NCBI GenBank assembly: GCA_045124495.1
Contig: JBGVLX010000051.1
Location: 5,502 to 69,501, forward strand
From: Lachnospiraceae bacterium
GTDB taxonomy: Bacteria; Bacillota; Clostridia; Lachnospirales; Lachnospiraceae
Length of the DNA stretch: 64,000 nucleotides
Direction: 5' to 3'
Part shown: positions 20,801-29,337 of the stretch, piece after piece
Numbering within the stretch: position 1 is the stretch's first letter
Layout: the number at the start of each line of letters is the position of its first letter
Program-made: the position numbers and the translations under genes
Notes under the pieces: model-generated
Told to the model about the DNA's origin: nothing
Database searches by the model: none
Seen by the model: the letters and a program-made list of their open reading frames with translations, nothing else

Positions 20801-21234
20801 CTTTCACTCATAGTAAGAATTTTTCCCGGTGTTACTTCGTATTGTACAAACTCACTGAGCATGGATTTCATTTTGTCAATAAATCCGGCGGAAGAAAAAG
20901 AACCGGTAAAATAACATAACTGCTTCTTATTTTCTTCTAATACTTTCCGAAGCATCATATTCATTCCAATTTCAGAAAGCATTTCTTTCGTATCCACACA
21001 TTGTTCATCAAAAATTCGATAAGCAAGACGGTGAAAACTTAAAATATCTATGTTCATTGCCCCTTTGTTCGGATGCATCAAAATAATCTCCCGCTGCATC
21101 TGCATGGTATATTGCTCCGGCACTACCACAAAATACTTTTGTTCCGGATGCTTTACTGCTTCCTGAATCAAAGACTCCATCAAATAATGGGTCTTTCCAT
21201 ATCCACTTCTTCCGAGCACCAATTCTAATTCCAT
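17845..21234 (-). CDS. addB: ATP-dependent helicase/nuclease subunit B
   Basis: 1129 aa. N-terminal GRSGYGKTH, and a C-terminal nuclease domain with Cys residues (CPFSYF ... CEYCGYSGIC) matching the AddB Fe-S cluster pattern. Confidence 0.95.
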   Translation of the reverse strand: MELELVLGRSGYGKTHYLMESLIQEAVKHPEQKYFVVVPEQYTMQMQREIILMHPNKGAMNIDILSFHRLAYRIFDEQCVDTKEMLSEIGMNMMLRKVLEENKKQLCYFTGSFSSAGFIDKMKSMLSEFVQYEVTPGKILTMSERLGEGSALCYKCKDLALIYEAFLKEVEGKYLVGEQILYELGNLIPGSKMLQGATIYLDSYTGFTPIQYTLLDQLMKYVKKIVCTLTMEEATIKGKVKEHQLFYFSKIAATKLKELAIRRGGEIKETYLNTPYRFQDSKELLNLERSLFQYPFTTWEEETKDIKLVSVMNPKEEMDFAAKTIARMVRSNHYHYRDFAVICGDLEGSRKEVESIFTKLDIPFFFDQNQQYSQHPLMTGILGVLEMIEKNYSYESVFLYLKSGISRLDSSQVEELENYILATGIRGKNRYQREFKRRLRYMQEDSLEKINEIRSILIDEVSQLEEAIGKKHVTVREIVKALYDFIVNHEMYERIRKRCEVLENKGEIAKAKADSKLYKKVMELFDEMVTILGEQELPLKEVRQILETGFSGISVGVIPPSLDQVIVGDMQRTRISNIKVLFFLHMNDGIVPASKENSGIFNDMERQSIGDKGLELAFNQKTQTFFEQYYLYLCLSKPSEKLYLSFSKTGRDQGSLRTSYVLSRLKKIFPQITVIGNVEPKGEFTLEHFLERFLLLWKKDSLTKEEEKELALLYGFLNEREDAKRILSLMIQGKQYKNEELGLEKETAGKLYELYKNYSVSLLERYAECPFSYFVRYGLELKEREEYKVNSMQLGTIFHDVIDMFSKEATDHDLWKSLKDQERDAKIEELVDQVVAKYDTDIFESNSRNQYMLHHIKRISKRTAWALQKQILRGDFNPAHFELSFEHNRNILTDTVIETEGNSLELKGIIDRVDRYEDEDKVYLKIVDYKSGATTFDLVDFYAGIRMQLIIYMNAMMQIEKNKQEEKQVIPAGFFYYELKDPYVERKEKESIEDTLLKELKLEGYANLDYSCISHLESAADGKKLVIPVSYTKAGEISANSKVLSNDSIKMLQNYAKYKAEEIVASIQEGEIEINPVRTDDKNPCEYCGYSGICHFDARINGCRDYRKLTKVKAMELMGEEIEKRKEEK

Positions 21235-21668
21235 ACATCATCCCCCTTGGTTTCCAAAGATTCCATAAAAATATCATAATACTTCTTCGCTGATTTCTTT
21301 AAATGCATAGGCCTGAATTTCCTGTCAACAAAACAATGACTTGATTTTCCCAAAACACAAATTTCCCCATCCCGCTTAATTTCATATTCAAACTGCAAAC
21401 GGATGCCGTCAAATAATGTAACATATAAATCAATACTAAATTCCTCTCCGAACTTAAGTGGCTTCTTAAAATCGCAATTTACAGATAAAACAGGAGAAAT
21501 GACATCATCTGCCTCCATTTTATCATATCCCACTCCAATCTTTTCTAAATATGCGACCCTGGTTTCCTCCATCCAACGGATATAATTAGAATGATGTACC
21601 ACCCCCATTTGATCCGTTTCATAATAATTTACTTTTCTTCCATACTGGTGCACCATAAAACGACTCAT
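21225..21668 (-). CDS. Acyl-CoA thioesterase, 4HBT/YbgC (hotdog) family
   Basis: 147 aa. The N-terminal YYETDQMGVVHHSNY motif is typical of YbgC-type thioesterases. Confidence 0.8.
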   Translation of the reverse strand: MSRFMVHQYGRKVNYYETDQMGVVHHSNYIRWMEETRVAYLEKIGVGYDKMEADDVISPVLSVNCDFKKPLKFGEEFSIDLYVTLFDGIRLQFEYEIKRDGEICVLGKSSHCFVDRKFRPMHLKKSAKKYYDIFMESLETKGDDVWN

Positions 21669-21737
21669 ATTTCCACCTCTGTCTTTCGTTATTTAGAAAA
21701 ATTTCGAAATCATCGATAACTCACAATGAAACAAAAT

Positions 21738-21752
21738 AAGTTTCGTAATTAC
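21738..21752. repeat. Family B repeat core (AAGTTTCGTAATTAC) overlapping the mutY stop codon
   Basis: In the minus sense it reads TAATTACGAAACTT starting at the mutY TAA. The same GTAATTRCGAAA core occurs at 59371-59382 and 62005-62016. Confidence 0.5.
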
Positions 21753-22828
21753 CCATGATCTTTCAATAAATCCTTTCCTAATTTAAATGCTGTAGGAATC
21801 GCATAATCTTCAATCTCACTTTTCTTCACAAATACTAACTTTTTATCTTTTGGTTTTTCCTTTATCTTAATTTTAACTGCCTTTAACTGCCACTCAATGT
21901 GGCTAAAAATATGTTTTCCCTCTTTTTCTTCTATCAAATCATAATCACACACTGCGAATCTTTCTAGGGAATGTCTCATTATTTCCTCTTTACTCCCATC
22001 GATTTTTCCAATCTCTACATTGGGAAATTCCCAAAGTCCTGCTAACAGTCCGCTATTTTTCCTTTTTATAATAGCCACTTCATTCCGATACTCCATTACA
22101 AACAGGAATCTTTTCTCTATTTTCCTCTGAGTCTTTTTCTTTTTCACCGGGATACAGTCTAACAGGTCTTTTTTTCTTGCAATGCAGCAAGACGCCACCG
22201 GACATTGCTCACATAAAGGGGCACCGTTGGGAATACATACCATGGCCCCTAACTCCATTACTGCCTGATTAAAGTCTCCGGCTCTCTCCTTCGGCATTAG
22301 TTCTAAAATATACTCTGTAATTTTCTTCTTGGTGGATTGCTTTAGGATATCTTCGTAATTTTCCAAAATCCTGGAAAACACCCGAAGTACGTTTCCATCC
22401 ACTGCCGGAACCGGTATTCCATAAGCAATAGAAGAAACTGCTCCCGCCGTGTATTCCCCAATTCCTTTCAACGAAAGAATTTCTTCATATGTATCAGGAA
22501 ACTTCCCTGAAAATTTCTCCACCATAGTTTTTGCCGCAATCTGCATATTTCGAACCCGGTTATAATATCCAAGTCCCTGCCATAAATTCATCAACACTTC
22601 TTCCTCGGCATTGGCAAGGCTCTCTATATCCGGTAAGGTTTCAATAAACCGCTCATAATAGGGTTTCACCGCTTCCACTCTGGTTTGTTGTAACATAATC
22701 TCAGATACCCAGATGCGATAAGGATCTCTGCTTTCTCTCCATGGCAAAATCCGTTGATTCCTATCATACCAATATAATAAAACCTCTGTAAATTCTTTTT
22801 TATCCATGTTTTTTCCCTTCCAAATCAA
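21749..22828 (-). CDS. mutY: A/G-specific adenine DNA glycosylase
   Basis: HhH-GPD region, a 4-Cys cluster (CIPNGAPLCEQCPVASCC) and a C-terminal NUDIX-like domain. The start may be the downstream MDKKEF (22807). Confidence 0.9.
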   Translation of the reverse strand: MIWKGKNMDKKEFTEVLLYWYDRNQRILPWRESRDPYRIWVSEIMLQQTRVEAVKPYYERFIETLPDIESLANAEEEVLMNLWQGLGYYNRVRNMQIAAKTMVEKFSGKFPDTYEEILSLKGIGEYTAGAVSSIAYGIPVPAVDGNVLRVFSRILENYEDILKQSTKKKITEYILELMPKERAGDFNQAVMELGAMVCIPNGAPLCEQCPVASCCIARKKDLLDCIPVKKKKTQRKIEKRFLFVMEYRNEVAIIKRKNSGLLAGLWEFPNVEIGKIDGSKEEIMRHSLERFAVCDYDLIEEKEGKHIFSHIEWQLKAVKIKIKEKPKDKKLVFVKKSEIEDYAIPTAFKLGKDLLKDHG

Positions 22829-22837
22829 ACAAGTACA

Positions 22838-23998
22838 TTACTTCCTGCCTCTATCACCATAATAAGCAAGTAACAGTTTCACCACCCTGCTGTAACTATT
22901 CATGCCATCTTCCACTCCATTTAAGTTTAAACTTTTCTCTGTCAATGTATCAGAAACCTCTTCTACCGTTTCCGTATCAAGTATTGCTTCCTTTTCAATT
23001 TCCTCCCAGGTTTCTTCCTTAAGAAAAATATCATCCTGGTATACATATGATGCCACCTGGGTTAATGTCTGGTATTCTTCCTGGCTGATGTGAGAAAGCA
23101 AATCATTTTCCACATAATAAAACACACTCAAATATCCGCTATATTGAAAAAATAAATCCTCTGACTGAATACAGGCAAGATAAGCATAAAAATTTGCCTC
23201 ATCCTCCAGAATTACTCCCTTTAAATGGGACAATTCATGGCAAATCGTAGAAGGATAATTGGAGGCATACATCAAGCCATTATAATTTGCCTCCATGCTA
23301 AAAGGAAAAAAGATACCTAAAAGCGATTGCTGGCTGACAAACTTCGAAAAATAAAGCTTTTTTGGATTTGGATAATACCCTGATAACTGAGGATATTCTT
23401 TTCCTAACTGTGTCATTGCATTTATACATTCACGCTTTACTTCTTCTTCATCATAAATCAAATCCCCATGGGCATCTCGTTCCATTTGAATTCCCAATTC
23501 ATTTAATCTTATTACAATTTCTTCTCTAAGTGCAATCAGCTCACTGATCTCATATCCGTCTTCAGATACCATGGTTGACTCCAACGTAGTTCCTTGATAA
23601 AGAATAAAGCAATTTAAAGTTTGAACCAGAAAGATAACATTTAAAAGCATTGCAAAAAATCCATAAAACTTTTTTGCCCCTCTAAATATCTTTCCTCTGA
23701 AAAATATCAGTAACAATGGAATTATAATGACTGCCAGAATCAATAATAAAATCCCTACTACAATTAACACTTCACCTACAGAAAAAGGAACAATAGAATG
23801 AATTCTTCCTAACGTGTTTACAGAAAAAGGATAAACAAATTTTATATATCCATCTGCAAAACCATGTATTGTTCGTGAAAATATATTTAAAGCTACAGAA
23901 ATGCCTAATAAAACAAAAAATACTATGAAATATTTTTTATGAATTCTCATGCTGTTTTTTATCTTTTGTACGAACTTCATGTTTTCCTCCAATTCCAA
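22838..23998 (-). CDS. DUF3810-type membrane protein with an HExxH-like motif (HELSH)
   Basis: 386 aa. Three N-terminal TM segments, then a soluble domain with ICHELSHLKG. Confidence 0.65.
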   Translation of the reverse strand: MELEENMKFVQKIKNSMRIHKKYFIVFFVLLGISVALNIFSRTIHGFADGYIKFVYPFSVNTLGRIHSIVPFSVGEVLIVVGILLLILAVIIIPLLLIFFRGKIFRGAKKFYGFFAMLLNVIFLVQTLNCFILYQGTTLESTMVSEDGYEISELIALREEIVIRLNELGIQMERDAHGDLIYDEEEVKRECINAMTQLGKEYPQLSGYYPNPKKLYFSKFVSQQSLLGIFFPFSMEANYNGLMYASNYPSTICHELSHLKGVILEDEANFYAYLACIQSEDLFFQYSGYLSVFYYVENDLLSHISQEEYQTLTQVASYVYQDDIFLKEETWEEIEKEAILDTETVEEVSDTLTEKSLNLNGVEDGMNSYSRVVKLLLAYYGDRGRK

Positions 23999-24068
23999 AG
24001 TATTTTACAAACATATACATATCATTTCACAAACATATACGTATCAATTCACTCTATTGCATTTATCC

Positions 24069-25139
24069 TTAATTATCTTGTGTCATCCATTGATACAAAT
24101 CCAGCCTTCCCTGATTTATACCAATCAATAATTTCATATAAGCACTCTCATAAGAAAGGTCATAAAGTGGTATCGCTCCCGCTTTTAATATCTCGTTTTT
24201 TGTAACATAGCCACTCTTTTCCCCTCTTTTAAAAGAAGCCGCAAATACGGGAATTCCCATTTTTTTGCACTTATTAATAAACTGTATCACACTAGTGTTT
24301 CTTCCTTCTACACTGGCAGTTGCAGAATGATACAAGTAACAAAGCACCGCATTTACTTTCGATAAATCATAAACATCAAAATCAAGTCCTGGATACATTT
24401 TTATTCCCAGCACCCGCTTTTTTAACTGAAAGTTATCCTTGAACAAAACATAATTTGTACCAATTTTATTTTGAGCAGATACATTTTCATTTATTTCCCT
24501 CTGGTTCTTCCTTTGTTCCTCTTCTTGAACCTCTTTTTTTCTTTGTCTGCCTTCTTCGAAGGAATCCTTTTTCCAGCCATCTTTCATTTTTACATCATAA
24601 TATTGACCATCAAAGGTGGAAAATTGATCAAAATAAGGATCTGATTCCTTGATATTATTGGCATAATAAACCGGCACTTCTCCTTTATCATTCGAAAAAA
24701 TGGTAAATACCCCTGTCCCCTTTTTCTCCTTGATAAAATCTACACCGGTCTTAAAATTAAGTAAACCATTACTTCTTGAATCCGTCAATGCATAATTACT
24801 GGCAATTAAAATAATGGGAATTGGTACCTCAGCATATAGGTAACCTAAAAAGTTACTGGTATAACTTAAAGTATCGGAACCATGGGTTATAATAATTCCT
24901 TCATACTCCTCATAGGAAATTCTATTTAAGTTTTCATATAATTTCATCCAATATTCCAAATCCATATTTTCACTTAACACCTGATATGGGCTTAAAACTT
25001 CAAATTCCGTCTCTCTTTCATAAATTTCCCGATACCTCTCTAACAAAGAATAGGCTGTTTTTGAATCTATATTTATATCATTAGAAGAAACTTTACTTCC
25101 AATAGTACCTCCAGTTAAAATAACCAATATCTTTTTCAC
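24069..25139 (-). CDS. L-asparaginase family protein (type I-like)
   Basis: N-terminal ILTGGTIGS nucleophile motif. The second motif reads HGSDT rather than HGTDT. A highly charged insert (KKDSFEEGRQRKKEVQEEEQRKNQRE) separates the two lobes. Confidence 0.75.
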   Translation of the reverse strand: MKKILVILTGGTIGSKVSSNDINIDSKTAYSLLERYREIYERETEFEVLSPYQVLSENMDLEYWMKLYENLNRISYEEYEGIIITHGSDTLSYTSNFLGYLYAEVPIPIILIASNYALTDSRSNGLLNFKTGVDFIKEKKGTGVFTIFSNDKGEVPVYYANNIKESDPYFDQFSTFDGQYYDVKMKDGWKKDSFEEGRQRKKEVQEEEQRKNQREINENVSAQNKIGTNYVLFKDNFQLKKRVLGIKMYPGLDFDVYDLSKVNAVLCYLYHSATASVEGRNTSVIQFINKCKKMGIPVFAASFKRGEKSGYVTKNEILKAGAIPLYDLSYESAYMKLLIGINQGRLDLYQWMTQDN

Positions 25140-25253
25140 GTTTTCTTCATCCTTTACTAAACCTGTTCACTTTATAACATATCTGTTGTTCACAAATATT
25201 CCTGATTAAACACTATTATAAATACTACCGCTACATTTTATCACACTTTCAAA

Positions 25254-25287
25254 TAAAAAAAAAGGACTATCACTTACGTGATAGTCC
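25254..25287 (-). terminator. Rho-independent terminator after rplA
   Basis: GGACTATCAC-GTAA-GTGATAGTCC 10-bp stem, followed by T10 in the minus sense. Confidence 0.85.
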
Positions 25288-25341
25288 ATAGTTACATAAT
25301 CTTTACTGTCTGCTATATGAGCAGTATGGCAAAATCATCAA

Positions 25342-26034
25342 TTAAATAAATTTTGCAGCACTAACCTTTACACCAGGTCCCATTGTAGAAGAGATAGAAA
25401 TACTCTTGAAGTATTGTCCCTTTGCTGCTGATGGTTTTGCTTTAATAATAGCATCTATTAACGTCTGGAAGTTGTCTGCTAATTGTTCTTCCGTAAAGGA
25501 AGCTTTTCCGATTGGCACGTGAATAATATTTGTCTTGTCTAATCTGTATTCGATCTTACCTGCTTTAATATCGTTAACTGCCTTAGTTACATCCATAGTT
25601 ACAGTACCAGCTTTTGGGTTTGGCATTAAGCCCTTAGGTCCAAGTACACGTCCTAAACGACCTACAACACCCATCATATCTGGAGTTGCTACTACAACGT
25701 CGAAATCTAACCATCCTTCGTTTTGGATCTTAGGGATTAATTCTTCTCCACCTGCATGTTCTGCACCTGCAGCTAAAGCTTCATCAACCTTATCACCCTT
25801 AGCGAATACTAATACACGAACTTGTTTACCAGTACCGTGTGGTAATACAACCGCACCACGTACCTGTTGGTCAGCGTGACGTCCGTCAACACCTAATCTA
25901 ATATGAGCTTCTACTGTTTCATCGAACTTTGCACTAGCAGATTTCTTTACTAATGCAACAGCTTCTGCTGCTTCATAAGCAACACTTCTATCTACTAGCT
26001 TTGCAGCTTCGACATATCTTTTACCTTTTTTCAT
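25342..26034 (-). CDS. rplA: 50S ribosomal protein L1
   Basis: 230 aa. [15 protein letters not shown] and overall L1 sequence, following rplK. Confidence 0.97.
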   Translation of the reverse strand: MKKGKRYVEAAKLVDRSVAYEAAEAVALVKKSASAKFDETVEAHIRLGVDGRHADQQVRGAVVLPHGTGKQVRVLVFAKGDKVDEALAAGAEHAGGEELIPKIQNEGWLDFDVVVATPDMMGVVGRLGRVLGPKGLMPNPKAGTVTMDVTKAVNDIKAGKIEYRLDKTNIIHVPIGKASFTEEQLADNFQTLIDAIIKAKPSAAKGQYFKSISISSTMGPGVKVSAAKFI

Positions 26035-26043
26035 AATAATTAA

Positions 26044-26075
26044 CCTCCTGTGGTATTATCGGGAGCGACCCTCCC
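26044..26075 (-). promoter_or_regulatory. Candidate L1-binding mRNA mimic upstream of rplA
   Basis: Minus sense GGGAGGGTCGCTCCCGATAATACCACAGGAGG: a small GGGAG/CTCCC hairpin, then ATAATACCACA running into the SD. It is closely similar to 26541-26579. Confidence 0.4.
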
Positions 26076-26105
26076 ACTTTATCATCTTTTCGCATCAACT
26101 GTATC

Positions 26106-26531
26106 TTAGTCTTCTACAGTGATACCCATAGAACGAGCTGTACCTGCGATCATGCTCATTGCTGCTTCAAGACTTGCTGCATTTAAATCTGGCATCTTAA
26201 GTTCAGCGATCTTTTGAACTTCTGCTTTTGAAATAGTTGCAACTTTTGTCTTATTAGGTGTAGCTGATCCTGATTGAATCTTACAAGCTTTCTTTAATAA
26301 TACAGCTGCTGGTGGAGTCTTAGTAATGAAGCTAAAGCTTCTATCTTGATAAACTGTAATAACAACTGGAATGATCATTCCGTCCTGATCAGCAGTCTTT
26401 GCGTTGAATTCCTTTGTGAATTGAACGATATTTACACCATGTTGTCCAAGTGCAGGACCAACCGGTGGAGCTGGTGTTGCCTTACCTGCTGGAATTTGTA
26501 ATTTAATATAACCTGTTACTTTTTTCGCCAT
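26106..26531 (-). CDS. rplK: 50S ribosomal protein L11
   Basis: 141 aa. [35 protein letters not shown] is canonical L11. Confidence 0.97.
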   Translation of the reverse strand: MAKKVTGYIKLQIPAGKATPAPPVGPALGQHGVNIVQFTKEFNAKTADQDGMIIPVVITVYQDRSFSFITKTPPAAVLLKKACKIQSGSATPNKTKVATISKAEVQKIAELKMPDLNAASLEAAMSMIAGTARSMGITVED

Positions 26532-26540
26532 GATAGCGCA

Positions 26541-26579
26541 CCTCCTAAAAATTGTGGTAATTGCGGGAACTTCCCTCCC
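26541..26579 (-). promoter_or_regulatory. Candidate L1-binding leader upstream of rplK
   Basis: Minus sense GGGAGGGAAGTTCCCGCAATTACCACAATTTTTAGGAGG. L1 autoregulates the L11 operon through an rRNA-mimic site in this position in other bacteria. Confidence 0.45.
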
Positions 26580-26630
26580 ACGTGTCTAAACTGAAAACTC
26601 CAATTCTTTCAACGACAATCTTGTCCGGAA

Positions 26631-27146
26631 TTAGAGCTTTAGGATATCTAAAAATCCAATCTCAACTGCTGTCGCACGTCCAAACATTTCTACGTCAATA
26701 ACAACGGACTGCTTATGCTGGTTAATTTCCTTCACTTCGGCAATGGTACCCTCCCAGGCTCCGGAAACAACCTTGATGTTATCACCAACTTCAATGTCGA
26801 TTTCGATTTCTTTTTCCTTAATTCCCAGTGGACGTACTTCCAAGTCCGTAAGAGGAACCGGTTTTGACCCAGGTCCAACGAATCCTGTAACACCTCTGGT
26901 ATTACGAACAACATACCAAGTCGTATCGTTCATAATCATGTTAATTAAAACATAACCCGGGAACATCTTCTTGGATACGTTCTTCTTTGCACCATTCTTT
27001 ACTTCCACTACATCTTGTAAAGGAACCTGAACTTCTAAAATCTGGTCTTGCAACTTTCTGTTTTCGATTGTCTTTTCGATATCTGCTTTTACTTTGTTTT
27101 CATAACCTGAATAAGTATGGACTACATACCAATTAGCTTCTGACAT
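26631..27146 (-). CDS. nusG: Transcription termination/antitermination factor NusG
   Basis: 171 aa. WYVVHTYSGYENKV NGN domain and a C-terminal KOW domain, between secE and rplK. Confidence 0.95.
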   Translation of the reverse strand: MSEANWYVVHTYSGYENKVKADIEKTIENRKLQDQILEVQVPLQDVVEVKNGAKKNVSKKMFPGYVLINMIMNDTTWYVVRNTRGVTGFVGPGSKPVPLTDLEVRPLGIKEKEIEIDIEVGDNIKVVSGAWEGTIAEVKEINQHKQSVVIDVEMFGRATAVEIGFLDILKL

Positions 27147-27156
27147 ATAATCCTCC

Positions 27157-27363
27157 TTACTTTACTATGAAATTGATACCGTATTGGATAACCATATCAA
27201 TCACAGCTATGATTACTCCTAAAACGACTGTCACTATAGTAACTACAACGGATTGCTTTGCAAGTTTTTCCTTCGTCGGCCAAATGATTTTTTTGAATTC
27301 ACCTTTTAGTTCTTGGAACTTACTTCGCTTTAGGGTTGCTGTTTGTTTTTCAGTATCTCCCAT
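27157..27363 (-). CDS. secE: Preprotein translocase subunit SecE
   Basis: 68 aa with a single C-terminal TM helix, in the conserved position upstream of nusG. Confidence 0.9.
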   Translation of the reverse strand: MGDTEKQTATLKRSKFQELKGEFKKIIWPTKEKLAKQSVVVTIVTVVLGVIIAVIDMVIQYGINFIVK

Positions 27364-27390
27364 TTGAACACTTCCTTTTACTTTGACTGA

Positions 27391-27540
27391 CTACTTAGTT
27401 TCTTTGTGCAATGTGTGTGACTTACAGAACTTACAGTACTTCTTAGTTTCCATTCTGTCAGGATGTGTTTTCTTCTCCTTAGTCATGTTGTAATTACGTT
27501 GTTTACAATCTGTACATGCCAATGTGATCTTTACGCGCAC
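27391..27540 (-). CDS. rpmG: 50S ribosomal protein L33
   Basis: Too short for the ORF track. Manual translation from GTG 27540 gives [49 protein letters not shown], a 49-aa CxxC...CxxC L33. Confidence 0.9.
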   Translation of the reverse strand: MRVKITLACTDCKQRNYNMTKEKKTHPDRMETKKYCKFCKSHTLHKETK

Positions 27541-27747
27541 AACTTCCACCTCCAATGTGTTTTAATACTAATTTAAGGCATAAAAAAAAGACCTCTTCCA
27601 TTGCGATAATAGAATAACACAGGCCTCATAGCTAAGTCAAGTAATTTTTACAAATAATTTCACTACTATTATTGCTGTTTTTAACGTTTCACATTCATCA
27701 ATAGTAACCCTTATAAATAAAAATATTGTTTTTTCCTACGATTTTAC

Positions 27748-27776
27748 TAGACAATGCCTATAAAAACATTTATAAT
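27748..27776 (+). promoter_or_regulatory. Sigma-A type promoter for the 27871..29130 gene
   Basis: TAGACA, 17-nt spacer, TATAAT (27771-27776), about 95 nt upstream of the ATG. Confidence 0.5.
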
Positions 27777-27870
27777 ATAAGTAACTATAATAATTGGGGG
27801 GACTTTGATTTGAAAAATACAAAGCAAGTGACAACCCATACGTGTCATTACTATGAAAGGAGGCTGTTTT

Positions 27871-29130
27871 ATGAATTTATTAAGTTCTTATAATTATTAT
27901 ACTCAGGCTTTCAGCCAGATATATACCAAACCAACTACCAAATATGATACCCACAAAAGTACAGAATTAAAAAATATATACAAAAAAATGGTATCTGCCA
28001 ATAAACAGTCCCCTCTTTATAAAATTACACTTTCAGAAGATACCCAGAATTATGTTCTTGGAATTAAAAGTGCGGCAGTGGAACTGAAAAATTTATCTTC
28101 TTTTTTATCTGATACAGATGACCCTATTTATGAAGATAAGACGCTCTATTCTTCTGATGTCAACTTTGTGAAAGCACGGCTGACTACTGATGATTACTCC
28201 AAAATACCACAAAGTCTCTCCTTTGAAGTCCAGTCCCTTGCTACTTCACAGAAAAATGAAGGTAAGATGCTATTAAAGGATTCTGCCAGTATTCATCCCG
28301 GCACTTATACTTTTGCCATCACAAAAGATGAGGAAACCTATCATTACCAGATTACCACAAAGAAGACGGATTCCAACCAGACAATTATGAAAAATTTAAA
28401 GAATTTTATTAATCAGTCCGATATCGGAATTAAAGCTTCTATAAAATATGAAAAAGACCGCTGTGCCATGATTTTAGAATCCCAACGTACCGGTACAGAA
28501 TTTCAGCTTTCTGATATTTCACCTTCTACCGGCATCGTATCCGGCATGAGGTTAAATAAAATTATTTCAGAAGCGACCTGTGCAGAGTTCACCATTAACG
28601 GAGACCCGAAGGTATCTGCTACCAATGAAATTACCATTAATAATTCCATGGAAATTGATTTATTAGCTCCTACAAGCAAAGCTGTTTCCATCGACTTAGG
28701 TCTTGACAGCACAAGAATCATCGAAAAGGCAAAGGAATTCGTATCTTCTTATAATTATTTAAATTCTCTTGCTACGGAACATTTAGAAACCCAAAAAAGC
28801 GCGAAAAAGTTACTGACTGATATTGTATCTGTAACCGAACAGAATAAGGACGCTTTGGAACGTGCGGGACTTATGTTGGAAGAAGATGGTTCCATCCGTG
28901 TGGATGAATCCTTGCTGGTACAGGGCATTGAAAGTGGAGAATTCGTCGATTTGTTCGCAGATATTTCTTCTTTTAAAAACGACATTATTAAAAAGGCAGA
29001 CGCCTTATCCTTAGATCCAATGTCTTATGTGGATAAGAAACTTTTGACCTATCCAAATTTTAGGCATTCTTTTCCTAATCCATACATGCCTTCCATGTAT
29101 ACCGGAATGCTATATAATCAGTATGTATAA
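27871..29130 (+). CDS. Hypothetical protein with FliD (flagellar cap)-like sequence blocks
   Basis: ATG 27871 lies 6 nt after GAAAGGAGG. Blocks resembling FliD are EVQSLATSQK, AEFTINGDPKVSATNEITINNSMEIDLL, IEKAKEFVSSYNYLNSL and GLMLEEDGSIRVDESLL. The product call is from memory and unsearched. That it is a real gene is much more certain. Confidence 0.45.
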   Translation: MNLLSSYNYYTQAFSQIYTKPTTKYDTHKSTELKNIYKKMVSANKQSPLYKITLSEDTQNYVLGIKSAAVELKNLSSFLSDTDDPIYEDKTLYSSDVNFVKARLTTDDYSKIPQSLSFEVQSLATSQKNEGKMLLKDSASIHPGTYTFAITKDEETYHYQITTKKTDSNQTIMKNLKNFINQSDIGIKASIKYEKDRCAMILESQRTGTEFQLSDISPSTGIVSGMRLNKIISEATCAEFTINGDPKVSATNEITINNSMEIDLLAPTSKAVSIDLGLDSTRIIEKAKEFVSSYNYLNSLATEHLETQKSAKKLLTDIVSVTEQNKDALERAGLMLEEDGSIRVDESLLVQGIESGEFVDLFADISSFKNDIIKKADALSLDPMSYVDKKLLTYPNFRHSFPNPYMPSMYTGMLYNQYV

Positions 29131-29213
29131 CTAAGTCCACACATGGATCCGTAAGGTGTAAGACCTGGCTATTTGACATGAAATATGTTTATTTGAACAT
29201 GATGTTTCATCAT

Positions 29214-29243
29214 AAAAAAACTCCCTATAAGGGAGTTTTTTTT
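29214..29243. terminator. Bidirectional terminator between convergent genes
   Basis: A7-CTCCC-TATAA-GGGAG-T8. The A/T runs extend the stem. Confidence 0.7.
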
Positions 29244-29337
29244 ATCTTAAATGAATCATTTCATTTTTATCATTTGGTCTCTATATAGAAAAATATCTAA
29301 ATTTTCTCAAACCATAATACTTTAAAACATACTTCTA

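Noticed and set aside
25160-25200. CTGTTCAC and TTGTTCAC half-sites upstream of the asparaginase-family gene as another family A copy
   Set aside because: They are direct rather than inverted, and lack the GTWAC ends and a complementary arm. This is probably a chance match to an 8-mer.
29178-29212. Imperfect hairpin ATGAAATATG...GATGTTTCAT and a short ORF starting at 29179
   Set aside because: The stem has mismatches, there is no SD, and it sits directly before the real bidirectional terminator. It is most likely part of the 3' UTR.
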